Positions 50,660 to 62,830 are shown, numbered from the stretch's first letter. The stretch: DNA of 64,000 bases from Octopus sinensis (GCF_006345805.1 NW_021825821.1:496001-560000), one strand, 5' to 3'. Notes: generated by a model from the sequence alone, not told the origin. Translations and numbers: made by a program.

Positions 50660-51499
50660 TATTTAGAAAGATTATGGGACAAATGTATTTCTTCGTTTGC
50701 AGTAATTTCAACATCTATACGGAAAAAATTTAACTATAGTTCGAAATTGTCTAACAATTTTTTCAAAATTGAAGATAGTAAAGGATCTGTCAAAAATTTG
50801 AGTGAGACAGATTGGAGATAACGGGGGATTTACTGGAACTGACAATACATTACTTGGTGAGCATGTGAAGGGAAGTTTTAATGCGGGGTTTATTGTTAAA
50901 GTGGATGAATTAATAGAGATAGTTTTAAAATTGGAGATGTTTTAAAAGCCAGATTGTTTGTTTTGTATAATACTAGACATTTAGTGATAAAGCATGCTTT
51001 TAGTACTGCTAGTACTATATTGAGGATTGATAAGGTGAGACATGTTTTCTATTTGTAAGTCATCATTTCGAAGCCCGAGAACGAATTAAAGAGATGCAGT
51101 GAATGACAGAAAACCCGCCAAAAATAGAATTGGAGACATTTTACAACAAAATCGAAACCAGATTAAAATTGGTGGAAGGTTTTATGCTTTCTGCCAACTC
51201 AGGAGAAGCTCATTTCAGTAGTTATGATTGTGTTTATTTAAGGACATTAAAAGGGATTGGGGAAACCTGGACGAGGCAGAACTGGAATTTGAGGATTGGA
51301 TATTCCAGTTGATAAAAACGTGTAAATTCTGTCGACATGGTTTATGACAAAAAAGAAGAAATGTCAAAATTCAAGCCACGGAATATCACCAGGAAAAGTA
51401 TTAAGGTATTCTGTGTCGTTCTGTCCTCTCAACTAATGCTATAATGGCAAAGGCAGTCAACGAGGCACTCATAAGGGAGGACCAGGAAAATGACCTTTT

Positions 51500-52150
51500 T
51501 AGAGCTGCCGGTTAAAAATAGTCACGATCTTGAAGGAACCAAAAGTGATTTTTTAACGTTTTCCATAATTGCCTCTGTGAATCCTTCAATCGTCACGTCA
51601 TCTGAGTGCCATAAATTAACGTAGAATATAGTCAATAAAAGGGGAAAACTGCAATGAGCCCAGTGGGTCACCCTGCTGAATGCCGCATTCAGACATAATA
51701 ATTTTTTCATTAATTCAAAGACAGCTTTGAGAGGAATACGCCAATTTAAAATTAGTAAGAGTTTCTGACTTTGGTCAGAGACCACTTCCAGCAAATGATC
51801 AAATCGAACATAGTTGAAAGCATTTCTGACATCCAGTTTAACGATGACCTTTCAGTCTTTGGTTTTTGAGTGGACAGGTTGGCGAGTGCCGTGCATAAGA
51901 TCTTTGCTGACACATTTGTCACCGACACTGTACTGAAAAGGAAGTAACTCTGAAATCAAAGTTGAAACCACCAAGACGTTACTGACATCAATAGGCTTCA
52001 CACCACCCTTAGCTTTTGTCAGATTAATAACCCTTGCAGAGAAAAAAAGCTCTCCGGAGACGATTGGAGTTGCGCCCGACACAATATGCAAACTCAATCC
52101 CGCAAAAACTGCTATTCCAATAGAATAACGACTGATCGGGGCAAGTGTTT
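51500..52150 (-). mobile_element. Decayed CRE-like RT fragment
   Basis: GGVKPIDVSNV, DVRNAFN, QQGDPLG, DDVTI remnants. Confidence 0.7.
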
Positions 52151-52559
52151 TCGTATAAGTAAGTCAGAGCTTTACAACGATAATTAGTAGAATTGGTGTA
52201 TAAATATACCCTGTGTAATTTAACGCTGTATAAACGTCAATGAAAAAATGAATTCGAGAAAATTGCTATAAATGTAAAAATTGTAAGAAACACAAACCAA
52301 AATAAATAAAATAAATGGAAATAAACTAACCTAGTAAACCAAAATTAAATATCAAGAAAGCACTTTAAGTAAGATTAGAGTTAATTTTAAGAATTATTGA
52401 GCAGAAATTCTTCTTTTGCAAAAAAGTGAAATCATGATAAATCCAAGCCAAGTTAACTAGTAAAAAATATCCAAAAAATTTAACTTGTGAAATGTATGTG
52501 GCTGCCCACACAAATTCAAAAAAATTAAGCGGTCCTTGATAAAAACGTACAAAAATAAG

Positions 52560-52760
52560 TCAATACAAAAGCCATCCAAAACCAGGGACTTGCCCTCCCT
52601 AAAGGAAAGGTAGTCATCCCGTCTTAATGCTTTCCGTCATTTTGACAGAGACCGACTGGTTCTAGATTAGAAGGGAAACCTGCCGACTCTGGGGCATTTT
52701 GACTAGTCGTTAAGTGAGTGTGGCGAGAAATTTTACCATCAATCTCTTGCTCCAGTACGG
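52560..52760 (-). mobile_element. Decayed CRE-like RLE fragment
   Basis: ESAGFPSNLEPVGL..DGK..DGMTTFP. Confidence 0.7.
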
Positions 52761-52973
52761 AGAAATTGAAAAAAATTCCTCATTTTAATGTTAACAATAA
52801 TCACAAAATCAATTTTGAGGAGTTACAAAACTGCCTTATTTTAGTCGGATATGACCCTGCCTGATGGTTGCATTTTACCTTTACCAATTATTCTAATAAT
52901 TAATTAACCTCAATTATTTTTTAAAACTGAAACAAAGACAAAAATGTTAGAAAAAATTAGTTAATTACAACGA

Positions 52974-55900
52974 TTACTTTCTTCTATTACCCACTCCGCC
53001 CATAATAGAAAGGATTCGAACAAAAATATTAAAAACGTCAATATAGATCAGAGGTTTCCAAGCTTTTTTTTACGCGCCTCCCTTAGAGAAAAAGTACAAT
53101 CTTGCGCCTCCCTTTATATTCCATAATATAATACAATTATTATTTTATCAAAAACAATTTTTTAAAACAAAAGTTAATGAGATAATTTTTTTTCCATCTT
53201 GGCGCAAAGTTTTTCAAATTGGTGTCATCGCAGAGAGTGCTACTTTAGCTCATTAGTCACTACTAAACGAGTTCGATATTTAGATTTAATTGCAGCTAGT
53301 GCAGAAAATCCAGTTTCGCATAAATATGAAGTAGCAAATGGCAACAAAACTTTCATTGCTTTATTCGACAAAATTTCATATTCCGTTCTTACATTCAACC
53401 AAAAAGAAATTAGCGGTTCTCTCTCAAATTTTTGTTTCAATAATGTATCGCATGACAATTCTATCAATTTTTCTTTTTCAAAAGTTGTCAATGCAAATTG
53501 ATTATCTTCTTCATCATAAATGGATTCTGTATCCATTCGAACATTTTACAGTCGAGATCTTTAAAATAGTGAGCAAAATGCTTCAACAAACAATCCAAAT
53601 GTTCAGCAAATATGTCTTTGTTGCTTCAATGTTCACTATGGCGCAAAAGGTGTTTAAAAGTGGAAACATGTCATAGATATTTTTTGTGTATATTTGATTT
53701 CCATAATATCATTTTTTCATAAATGCTTTTATTTTGTCTTTTTGAGCGAATAAATATAGTTGTGATCCCTGCATTGATTTATTCAATATACTCAATTTCC
53801 CAAAAATGTTAACCAAATAGGCAAATTTGACAATAAAATCATCATCCCTGAACAAATTTGCATCTTCATCAAGAAAATCTGCAACTTGATCTTTGAGTTC
53901 AAACACCCTTCAAATCATTTTTGCATGAAACACCCAGCGCACCTCACAATAGTATAAAAGCGATGTATATTTTGAATCCATATCTTCACACAGCTTTGCA
54001 AAAGCTTAGCTTTTAAAGGACTGTGTTTTATGTAGTTTATAACTTTTGTAATTTGCGCAAAAATATCGTTCAGTTCTGGACTCATATTCTTTGAGACAAG
54101 TGCTGATCTGTGCAGCATGCAGTGCGTCCAGATAATTTCTGGTGCTCTGTTTTTTACAAGAGCTTGAAGACCAGATTTATTTCCTGACATTGACTGTGCT
54201 CCGTCTGTACAAAGTCCAACACAATTGATCCATTCTATGTTATTTTCTTCAAAAAAAGTATCAATTATATTAAAAATTTCATTGGCCGTGCTCCTTCCAG
54301 AAATGGTTTGCAGAATAATAGATCTTCTATTATTGTACTTTCTTCAGCATATCTGACATATGCAATTAAATGTGCATTTTTATTTATGTCAGCTCCCTCA
54401 TCAACTTGTATAGCAAATTTACAGTTACGTAGTCGAGAAACCAACTGATCACAAAGATCTTCAGATATGTCATCAATTCTTCTAGCGACTGTGTTATCAG
54501 CAAGCGGTATTTGCTGTAATTGTTTTGCATAGGATTCGCCAAACATTGCTTCAACCATATCGATAGCTGCTGGCAAAACTAGAGTTTCTCCGATATTGTG
54601 CGGTTTCTTGCATTTTGCAATCCTGTAAGAAACTTTGTACGATGCTAGTAAAGCATTTGAAGAGACAGAAACAGTTTTTTTAACGATTTCGTTTGGTTAT
54701 CAAACTCTTCTAATTTTCTTTTAAAAATTCTTCAGACTTATGGACATGTTCAGAATGCATCGTTTCAAAATGTCTTCTTAATTTGCATGGCCTCATACTA
54801 TCTGCTGCAAGTGTTTTGAGGCAAAGCAAACAGAGGGGTTTTTCCATAGAATCAACAAAGATACGTGTGAATCCTAACAATAAGTAAGATGGAAAGTATT
54901 TTCTTGTCTTTGGAGTGGTATTGATTATATCCCATCATTTTGATTTTTTGAACCATCGTCAAAATCTTTATTATTCGTGAATTTTCTTTTGCAACCACTC
55001 AAGAATTTATTCATGTGTTAAAATTATTTAATTGTCTAATAAATTAAATAAATTTTTGAAAAAATATAATTTTTAAATTAATAACTCTTATTATCGGAAT
55101 ATAGTCACGTTTTTTACATAGATATAATTTTCTAAAAAATGTTTCTGAAATACTTTTCGCGCCTCCCTTGACACGAGTCAACGCCTCCCTAGGGAGGCGC
55201 GCCTCCCCATTTGGAAACCTCTGATATAGATAGAAAGCGACCTAAAACACCCACTATAAAATTACATATTAATAGGATCGAAAGGCATATATGGATTCTC
55301 TGCATATTTCACTACACGTTGAGTGTCGTAAAGCAGAAATAACGAAAACAAAACCAATCCACCATAAACCGACATTGAATACAACCACGACCCAGCCACA
55401 GTCCCCACAGGAACAAATATGGAAGCTACCACTCAAAATAACACCCAACCAAGAGAAGAGGCAGCCACAACTCCAAGTCCGATCCCCAAAACCCCTCCAT
55501 ATTGCAAGAATCTTTCATTGGGGGCACACAAAGCAATGGTGGACAACGACAATGCCACTCCACCTGTCATAAGAGCTGCCCTCAAGGCCAATTGTGACCC
55601 CAATACGAATATCATTGGACTCACCATTGCCCCTAACAAAGCCAAATGTGCACCCAAAAATAATTTTTTAGGGGAAATGAAGTCATTTGTGTAAGGAATC
55701 GATCTAAGAATAGCACCCGACCCCACAACACTCAGGAATAGCCCGATTGAGGACTAAATAGAACAGTTTTAGGTACAAGAAGAGGACGGGTCACAAGGAA
55801 CTGGCGAAACCAGGCCACTTTGGATAGATTGTAGGCAGAAAGAGCAGAAACAACGACACTCCCAAAAAAATAGGAATATGTGCTCTGTAGACGATCCCTG

Positions 55901-56184
55901 ACATAGGAGGGCCACATTACTGATCTCTCTAATATTCCTGGACGAGAAGACAGTCGGGCTCCGTAGAAGCAAAGAGCTCCAAACCCGAACACAGAGGCAC
56001 CGAGGAGTAGTCCCTGGCCAGCGACAAATGCAGAATCCCCGGCAGGTGATTTCAAATAGGATAATATCCCTGGCTTTTTTGCTTTTTCTCGTACGAATGG
56101 TCTTGCTTTGTTTGATATGTTTTCAAATCTTGTTTTAGTGAAGATTAATCGTCCATATAAATTTATTTGTCGAGAAAAGAGCAT
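52974..56184 (-). CDS. GHITM: GHITM/MICS1 (TMBIM5); last exon interrupted by a hAT
   Basis: WPSYVRDRLQSTYSYF, LSTIALCAPNERFLQYGGVLG, YGGLVLFSLFLLYDTQRV, DPINMSLSIY, then after the transposon IDVFNIFVRILSIMGGVGNRRK-stop (53048-52974). Confidence 0.93.
53049..55223 (-). mobile_element. Buster/Charlie-type hAT (ZBED5/SCAND3-like), transposase frameshifted
   Basis: 13-bp TIR CAGAGGTTTCCAA; perfect TSD ATATAGAT (53041-53048, 55224-55231); GCGCCTCCC subterminal repeats; DNTVARRID, FAIQVDE, CTDGAQSM, HCMLH, FATSYLCETGFS. Confidence 0.97.
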
Positions 56185-56407
56185 TACCAAAACACAACAA
56201 GAAATAAATTGATTTATATATTATTTAAATAAAATAATTAAAGAAAAAATATTAATTAAATAATTTGACCCACTAATATTTGAAATAACCTTATATATAA
56301 AAATATAAATTGAACACCGAACATTACCTAAAATCAAATATTATTTGAAAATTTGTTAATTATTTTTGTTTTACATTAAATATGTTAAAAGATATTAATT
56401 AATAAAT

Positions 56408-57547
56408 TTAAGCGGGAGAATTATGATCGTTAATAAGTTTAGTCAGTTCCGGCACAATCTACAAATAAAATAAGAAAAACACCTCAAATAAATCCCCAAC
56501 CACTCCATAGTCACAAAAATCAAAAATCGGAGCATCCTCATTCTTGTCAATTGCCACAATAATTTTACTGTCCTTTATTCCCGCCAAATGTTGAATGGCG
56601 CCAGATATTCCCACAGAAATATACAGTTCAGGTGACACCACCTTGCCTGTCTGTCCCACCTGCAAATCATTCGACACCAATCCAGCATCCACCGCAGCCC
56701 TCGTCGCCCCAACTGCCCCACCCAGACTGTCCGCCAGTTTATATACCAACTCAAAGTGCTCAACCGTCTTCAACCCTCTCCCTACCACATCACACAACCC
56801 TCAACCCCCAGAAACAACAACACGTGCAGTACTCAGACTCGGTCTATCCGATTTGACCTCATCTTTGCTAATAATCCTCACAGCATTGGAATCAGTTGGA
56901 GGCACAGAGACTGATTCTATAGCAGTAGGGCACTCTCTCTGGGTCACATCCCCCTTGAAGCCCCTCACAGTCATCACTTTTATACTGTCCTTCCATTTGA
57001 AGTAACTCACCACATTCCCTACCTTTCTAACTAACATTACTACCAGCATATAATCGCCTCTCAAAAATATCTCCTACAATCCCTGTGACGTCACTGGCCA
57101 TTGATACATTCAATTTGGCGGCAACTCTGGCCAGTGAGTCCTTAAGGTGGGTTAATGATACTACCCTCATAGTAGAACTACTTCCCCCTATTACGTGCGA
57201 GTAGTCCCCCGATGATAGGACTTTTAATATGAGGGGGACTAGTCCTATGTAGATAGTACAGTATGGACAGACCAGAGCCACTGTCCTGTGCTTGTAGAAC
57301 GTGGTCTATTCCGTCTATGAGGGAGATTTGGTCAGATAACTAATATAGTCAGTATTCTAGATACAGTTTGTGTGTGTAGGTCAGATGTCACCAAACATGT
57401 TACTTTGTTGTTTAGTAGAGATGAAGCTGAAATTGCACTTCTTGTTGCTTCACTTAGAACAGCCCCGTTTGGTTCTGCAATGACGAGGGTACCAATTTTT
57501 CGAAAGGGTGAAAATGGTATTAGTCTTCTAATACTGGCACACCTCAT
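56408..57547 (-). CDS. ETFA: Electron transfer flavoprotein alpha subunit
   Basis: [65 protein letters not shown]; six introns of 24-28 nt. Confidence 0.96.
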
Positions 57548-57688
57548 ACGATCTATTTAATAGTTATTTTATTTATTAAAATTATTAGAGCATTTTTTAC
57601 TTTAGTTAATTTATTAATATTTTATTAAATATGTGATAAAATAAATCGACTTGGTTTTTTCTAAATTATCTTTAATTAATTATTGGAT

Positions 57689-58036
57689 GATTTTTTTAGT
57701 TTTTTGGAGATTATATAATCTGTAACATATAGTGATCACACTGCTTGCCATAAAATTCCATTTCGTTGAGCGACAACTCGTCTACAGGCGAGTTGTCGCC
57801 TAACTCGCCTAAATTTATTTGGCGACAACTCGTCTACGAAGAAAAATATTTTAAGGGTAAATAAAATAAAATTTTAAAACAATTACTTTTTATTCTGAAC
57901 TTTTAAAACAAATCAAACCATCAATTAGCTTAAAATATAGGCGAGCTGTCGCATAGCCGATTTTTTTGGTTTTTTGGAGATTATATAATCTGTAACATAT
58001 AGTGATCAGGACAACTGCTTTCCATAAAATTCCATT
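57689..58036. repeat. About 75-bp direct repeats 270 bp apart enclosing a perfect 11-bp hairpin
   Basis: gatttttttRgttttttggagattatataatctgtaacatatagtgatca..ccataaaattccattt at 57689 and 57959; GCGACAACTCG-8nt-CGAGTTGTCGC at 57770-57799. Confidence 0.85.
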
Positions 58037-58083
58037 TATTTAATTTAAATAATATCTTAAGGGTATTTGTCGTTTGTTTAGAA

Positions 58084-59360
58084 CAGTGGTTCTCAACGGT
58101 GGGCGATTCGCCCCCTAGGGGCGATTTTTTTTGGTAGGGGGGCGATGGCTGATTGCTAATATTTGAAAAATTAAAATCTTATGTTAGAAGTCGATAATCT
58201 TTGAAAAAATAAAGATATATAATCGAGTCTAATAATATTTATTAATAATATGATATTTTTATTATATTTTATTTAAATTTCTAAGCGTGATTTCTAGTTA
58301 TCTTTATGGGTCGTGTTCAAAAAAAAGTCAGAATGTATAAAGATGAATATATTTCTCTTGAATTTATTAAAGATCCTCAAGATCCTAATAAACCACTTTG
58401 TCTTCAATGTGGTACAATTTTTTCGAATGAGGCAATGAAACCGTTTCGTTTGATTGAACATTTAAAGCGAAAACATCATAATTCAATTGGAAAAAAGCCA
58501 GACTTTTTTCTAGAATTAAAAAAGAATTTTGAAAATAAAAACACCTTACCGTCAATCTTTAATAAAAATGTCTCTGGATTATCTTATTCATATAAAGTTG
58601 CAGAGATAATCGCAAAAACTGGTTGCATTATTATTTTAATTTATAGGTAATGGCCATTCGATTGCAGAAAATGTCATCCGTCCTTGTTTAAATGTATTTA
58701 TAAACGATATCTTACAAAAAGATTCTTCAAATATTATGAAGACTATTCCATTAAGCAACGACACTATACGAAGAAGAATTGATGAAATTCCTGAAAATTT
58801 ATGAATTTCATTTAGAATCTTTGGAACAAGATTTGAAAAAAAGATTTGAAGATTTAATTAATTTAAACTTTTCTGATTGGATGATTAATCCTTGGTTGCC
58901 CATTCATTATGATTCTGATGATGAATGTCAAGAAGAATTAATAGAACTAAAAAACGACGAAGAACTGAAAATAAAATTTAAAAATGAAAACCTGACACAA
59001 TTCTGGGGAGAAAAATCTATAAAAATGAAATTCCCGAAATTATGGGAAAAAATGATGCCAATAATATTATGTTTCCTACGTCATACTGCGTAGAGAGAGG
59101 ATTCAGCACTCTGAATAGTATGATCGGAAAAAAAGAAACAAACTAAATATAGAAGAAAGAGGCGACATTAGAATTACACTTACGAAAAGAAGTACAAATT
59201 TTGAAAAACTTGTCAATCTTCATCAACCACAAGGATCTCATTAAAACTCTTATTTTTTAAATAAAAATTTTTACTAATAAAATAAGGGGGCGATATAAAA
59301 ATTGGAGGGGCGAAAAAAATTCCAAGGGGGCGATACAAAAATAAAGGTTGAGAACCACTG
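58084..59360 (+). mobile_element. Internally deleted Buster-type hAT with an intron
   Basis: 14-bp TIR CAGTGGTTCTCAAC; TSD GTTTAGAA (58076-58083, 59361-59368); BED finger CLQC..H..RKH; DTIRRRIDEI fused to the C-terminal part; 25-nt intron 58622-58646. Confidence 0.95.
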
Positions 59361-59649
59361 GTTTAGAAGACGATAAAATTGTTTAAGTAAGTAAAAATTT
59401 TTTATTTATTTGTCGAAATAAGTATTCGATAAAGACTTATCAAGTCTAAAAGGATTCTTAAGAAAAAGCCTGAAAAACAAGTAAAATTTTGAATTTTTCA
59501 AATAAAAAATATTTTCGTGCTATTTTGAGGATGCTCAGCAAGTTTGGTGGCCGTGGTAAAAACAATTTTTTTACTTTCAAAAATAATCAATACAGTAAAA
59601 ACTTTAAATTTGATAATGAAGAAAAATTAAATTAAAAATCTTTGTAGTA

Positions 59650-60000
59650 ATGTCACAAGATTAGACTCTCTAAAATCGTGTCTTATCCTTGATATCCGTC
59701 GACCGAGCGAAGCGTCTTGGGACCAAAAATCCCTGAAGACTCCAAAGCAATTAAAGTAAAAAAGAAGCGAATTTGAAAGGTGACCGTACCAACGATATAA
59801 ACTGGCTACTAAAATTTCTAAAATCTTTGCATTGTCTAGCTAACTGACGAAAAAATTATTTAAATAAAAAACCATGAGCAAATTCAGAATTATTTCGGCT
59901 TTATTTAATTCAAAATGGAGTGGTTATTTGGTTCTTTTAGCCAGGGAGATTCCCTCAGCCAAATACCGCTGCTCGGACGGGTCGCCGGTAACCCTCTCAT
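59650..60000 (-). mobile_element. Two decayed CRE-like 3' scraps (about 59650-59790 and 59920-60000)
   Basis: First matches 12530-12610 at nucleotide level; second reads RVTGDPSEQRYLAEGISLA. Confidence 0.55.
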
Positions 60001-60110
60001 AGGTGACTCAATTAAGATTAAAAAATGGAATTACAATTAATTAATTGATTAATTTCTTGAATAAAGTGATAATTAATTAATTTCTTGAATAAAGTGATTA
60101 TCGCGAGATA

Positions 60111-60997
60111 TTATATTGGATGAGTGCAGTTAATAAGCAGACATAGGTCTTTGGCATCCCTTAGTTTGTCGATACTAAATAAATCAAAGTAATTGTAAGG
60201 CTTATAGTCGTCATATGATACCTCAAACATCGTCAACAAAAATGTACTTTAAAATCACTGGCCGGTTTATATCCCTCTGGATTGACATTTTTAATAGCAA
60301 AAATGACCGAATATTCCAAATCAAAAGTGGCCAAAATTTTGTAACTATGAGAAGGCACCCACACTTTCCCGGGACCAATTTCCTATAAATTAATGGCCCA
60401 ATAAAACGTCGATAGGTTTAGAGTCAACGAAGAGAGCTCCTGTAATGACATAAAGTCCATCCACATATCCGTCCAAAACCGAATATCTAACAATCCTCTC
60501 TAAATTTGCCCATCGCTGTCTGTTGAATTCGCCAACTTGTGGCATTATATTTGAAAGCAAGAAAGTAGAACACTGTATTGTCTGAATTGATAATTTTTGG
60601 AATATTCTGACCTGATTTCCGTCGCTATCTCCAGCAGGGAAAGCATGTCCTCGATCATACCCGGAGTGGTGGTAGTCTTCTAACATCGAACGGTATTCCG
60701 CTGGAATTCGATCGTCGGAATGGAAATGGCAATTAGATCGAGAGGCATTTCCTTTGAGTTATTTGTGGGTTTCAGACCAGTGAGAAGTTCCTTAGTGAGG
60801 TTGTAGACTGACCACATTGGGACCTTGGCCTTGTAGCTGTAGCCTACGGAATAATTTGAATTTTTAAATGTATGAATCTGATAATCAAATTTCCTGTGAG
60901 AATTTTCTAGAATGTTTATTAACAAACATATACTGTTGAAATTAAATAAATCCGTGAAATACCCAAATATTCCGAAAATACCCAATAACCAGCTCAT
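60111..60997 (-). CDS. DNA/RNA nonspecific endonuclease (EndoG/NucA fold), possibly secreted
   Basis: YSVGYS..PMWSVY, SGYDRGHAFPAGD, TFLLSNIMPQ..FNRQRWANLE, VITGALF, GPGKVWVPSHSYKI; hydrophobic N-terminus; tiny introns; start uncertain. Confidence 0.85.
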
Positions 60998-61362
60998 ACC
61001 GACAGAAAAAATTATCAATTATTATTTATAATTTTATTACAATATAATAAAATTAAAGCGCAATATAATAAAATTGAGAAATAAATAATAAACTATAGTT
61101 TCTTCTTTAAAGATATCTAATAAATTTGCTATAAAAAACCAAATTATCGCATCCATTTACAAAATTAATTAAAAATAGATAAATTAAATTAATTTTTTGA
61201 TTTAATTTGTTGAACTGCAATGTTTGACAGATTTTGTAGAATTAGTAAAAATTTTGTCTTGTTTTTCAAAAGTATGAAAATTGTACAAAGTATAATTTTC
61301 AAAAAACCATTAAAAAGAATATAGAATTAAATTATTTAAGTTATCCAAGCTTCTCCAGTATA

Positions 61363-62830
61363 ATGAACTCCAAACAGAAATTCACAGACCAAAATGATCA
61401 ATTTCTCCTTAAAATTGATGTCAAAAACGCGTTCAACTCGATTCGGCGCGATTATATCCTTGAAACTGTCCGAAGTCGTTTCCCTGCCTTATATCCGATC
61501 GTCCATCTGTCTTACGCCTCCCCCAGCTGTCTCTTGTTTGCCGACAATGTTATTATGTCCGAAACTGGTATTCAACAAGGCGACCCTCTTGGGCCTCTTT
61601 TATTCTCACTCGGTGTTGATCACATTACCCGCCAATTGTCCTCTGAGGTCAACATTTGGTACCTCGATGATGTTACTCTCGGTGGGGCTTTGGAGATCGT
61701 CAATAATGATGTAGAAAAAATCATTTCTGGTTTTGCTTCCATTGGGCTCGCTTTGAATGGATTAAAATCCGAGCTGATATGTTTGTCTGCGAGCCCTTCA
61801 GAATTCAAACTTATTTTTTCCACCTTATCTCACCATTTTGAAGACCTGTGCATCACCCAGCTTGATGACCGTATCATTCTGGGTTCCTCAATCAATAGCA
61901 AGGCTACTAAGAAGGCTTTATGTAACAGGCTCGAAGAATTGGAAACTCTAATCTCCCGCATTTCCAAACTTGAATCCCATTTAGGCCTTTTCTTGCTCAA
62001 GAACAATCTATACCGAAGCTAACTTATCTCATCTCAGTTCAAAAGAACTGGGATAATATACATTGTTTGCATGTACTCGAAGATATCCGCCTACGTGCTG
62101 ACTAGTTTCAGTTGGCAAGCATTAATTGTGCCTGTCAACCCCACTCGGCCGATTGGCTTAACGCTTTGCCGATTTCCTCTGCTGGAATGTTCCTGGACGA
62201 CGAATCTGTCCGCATCGGAATCTGTTTACGGCTTGGCATAGAGATTTGCTAGCCACATCAGTGCAGATGCGGAAAGGTCATTGACAGGAGAGGGCTACAT
62301 CCCTTCTCTTGTCGCCTCAGTGCGGCCGAATATCCAGACATGCCGCCTTGAATGATATTGTCAAGCACGCGCTCTACGCCGCTGGATTACCTACGGTCCT
62401 GGAGCCGGTTGGGTTAGACCGTGGTGACGGAAAACGTCCCGATGGGTCCACGCTATTCCCGTTCAAAGGGGGACTCGCTCTCGTTTGGGACGTCACCTGT
62501 GTCGACTCGCTTTCCTCGTCATCTCCCATTGACTCTGCCTCCCGCCCTGGCTTAGCCTCCGCACATGCCGAAACAAAAAAAATCACAAAGTACGCCTCAT
62601 TGGAGAGCACCTGCTTTTTCGTCCCTCTGGCTTTCGAGACGAGTGGGATAATCGGCCCAAAACCCCTGGAGTGCCTTTCGGAGATCGGCTTGATGATCTC
62701 AAGGAAGAGTCACAAAAGACGTGAGTCTAGCTGGCTTTTCAGCGAATTTCGCTCGCGATATTACGCGGAAACTGCCTGTTTATTCGCTCGTCCTCTCAAT
62801 CAAAGAATTAACGTGGATCATTGAATTATT
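61363..62830 (+). mobile_element. CRE-like element, RT + RLE, 5'-truncated with internal deletion
   Basis: KIDVKNAFN, GIQQGDPLGP, WYLDD; CRCG..H..SC..RHAALN..GKRPDG..WDVTCVD. Confidence 0.92.

Noticed and set aside
6389-56856. Many ORF-track entries antisense to RT, transposase or host exons
   Set aside because: Shadow ORFs of real coding strands
60049-60098. Tandem 23-bp duplication, and the 16-bp repeat at 18891/18961
   Set aside because: Two-copy slippage-type repeats with no spacer array; not CRISPR-like
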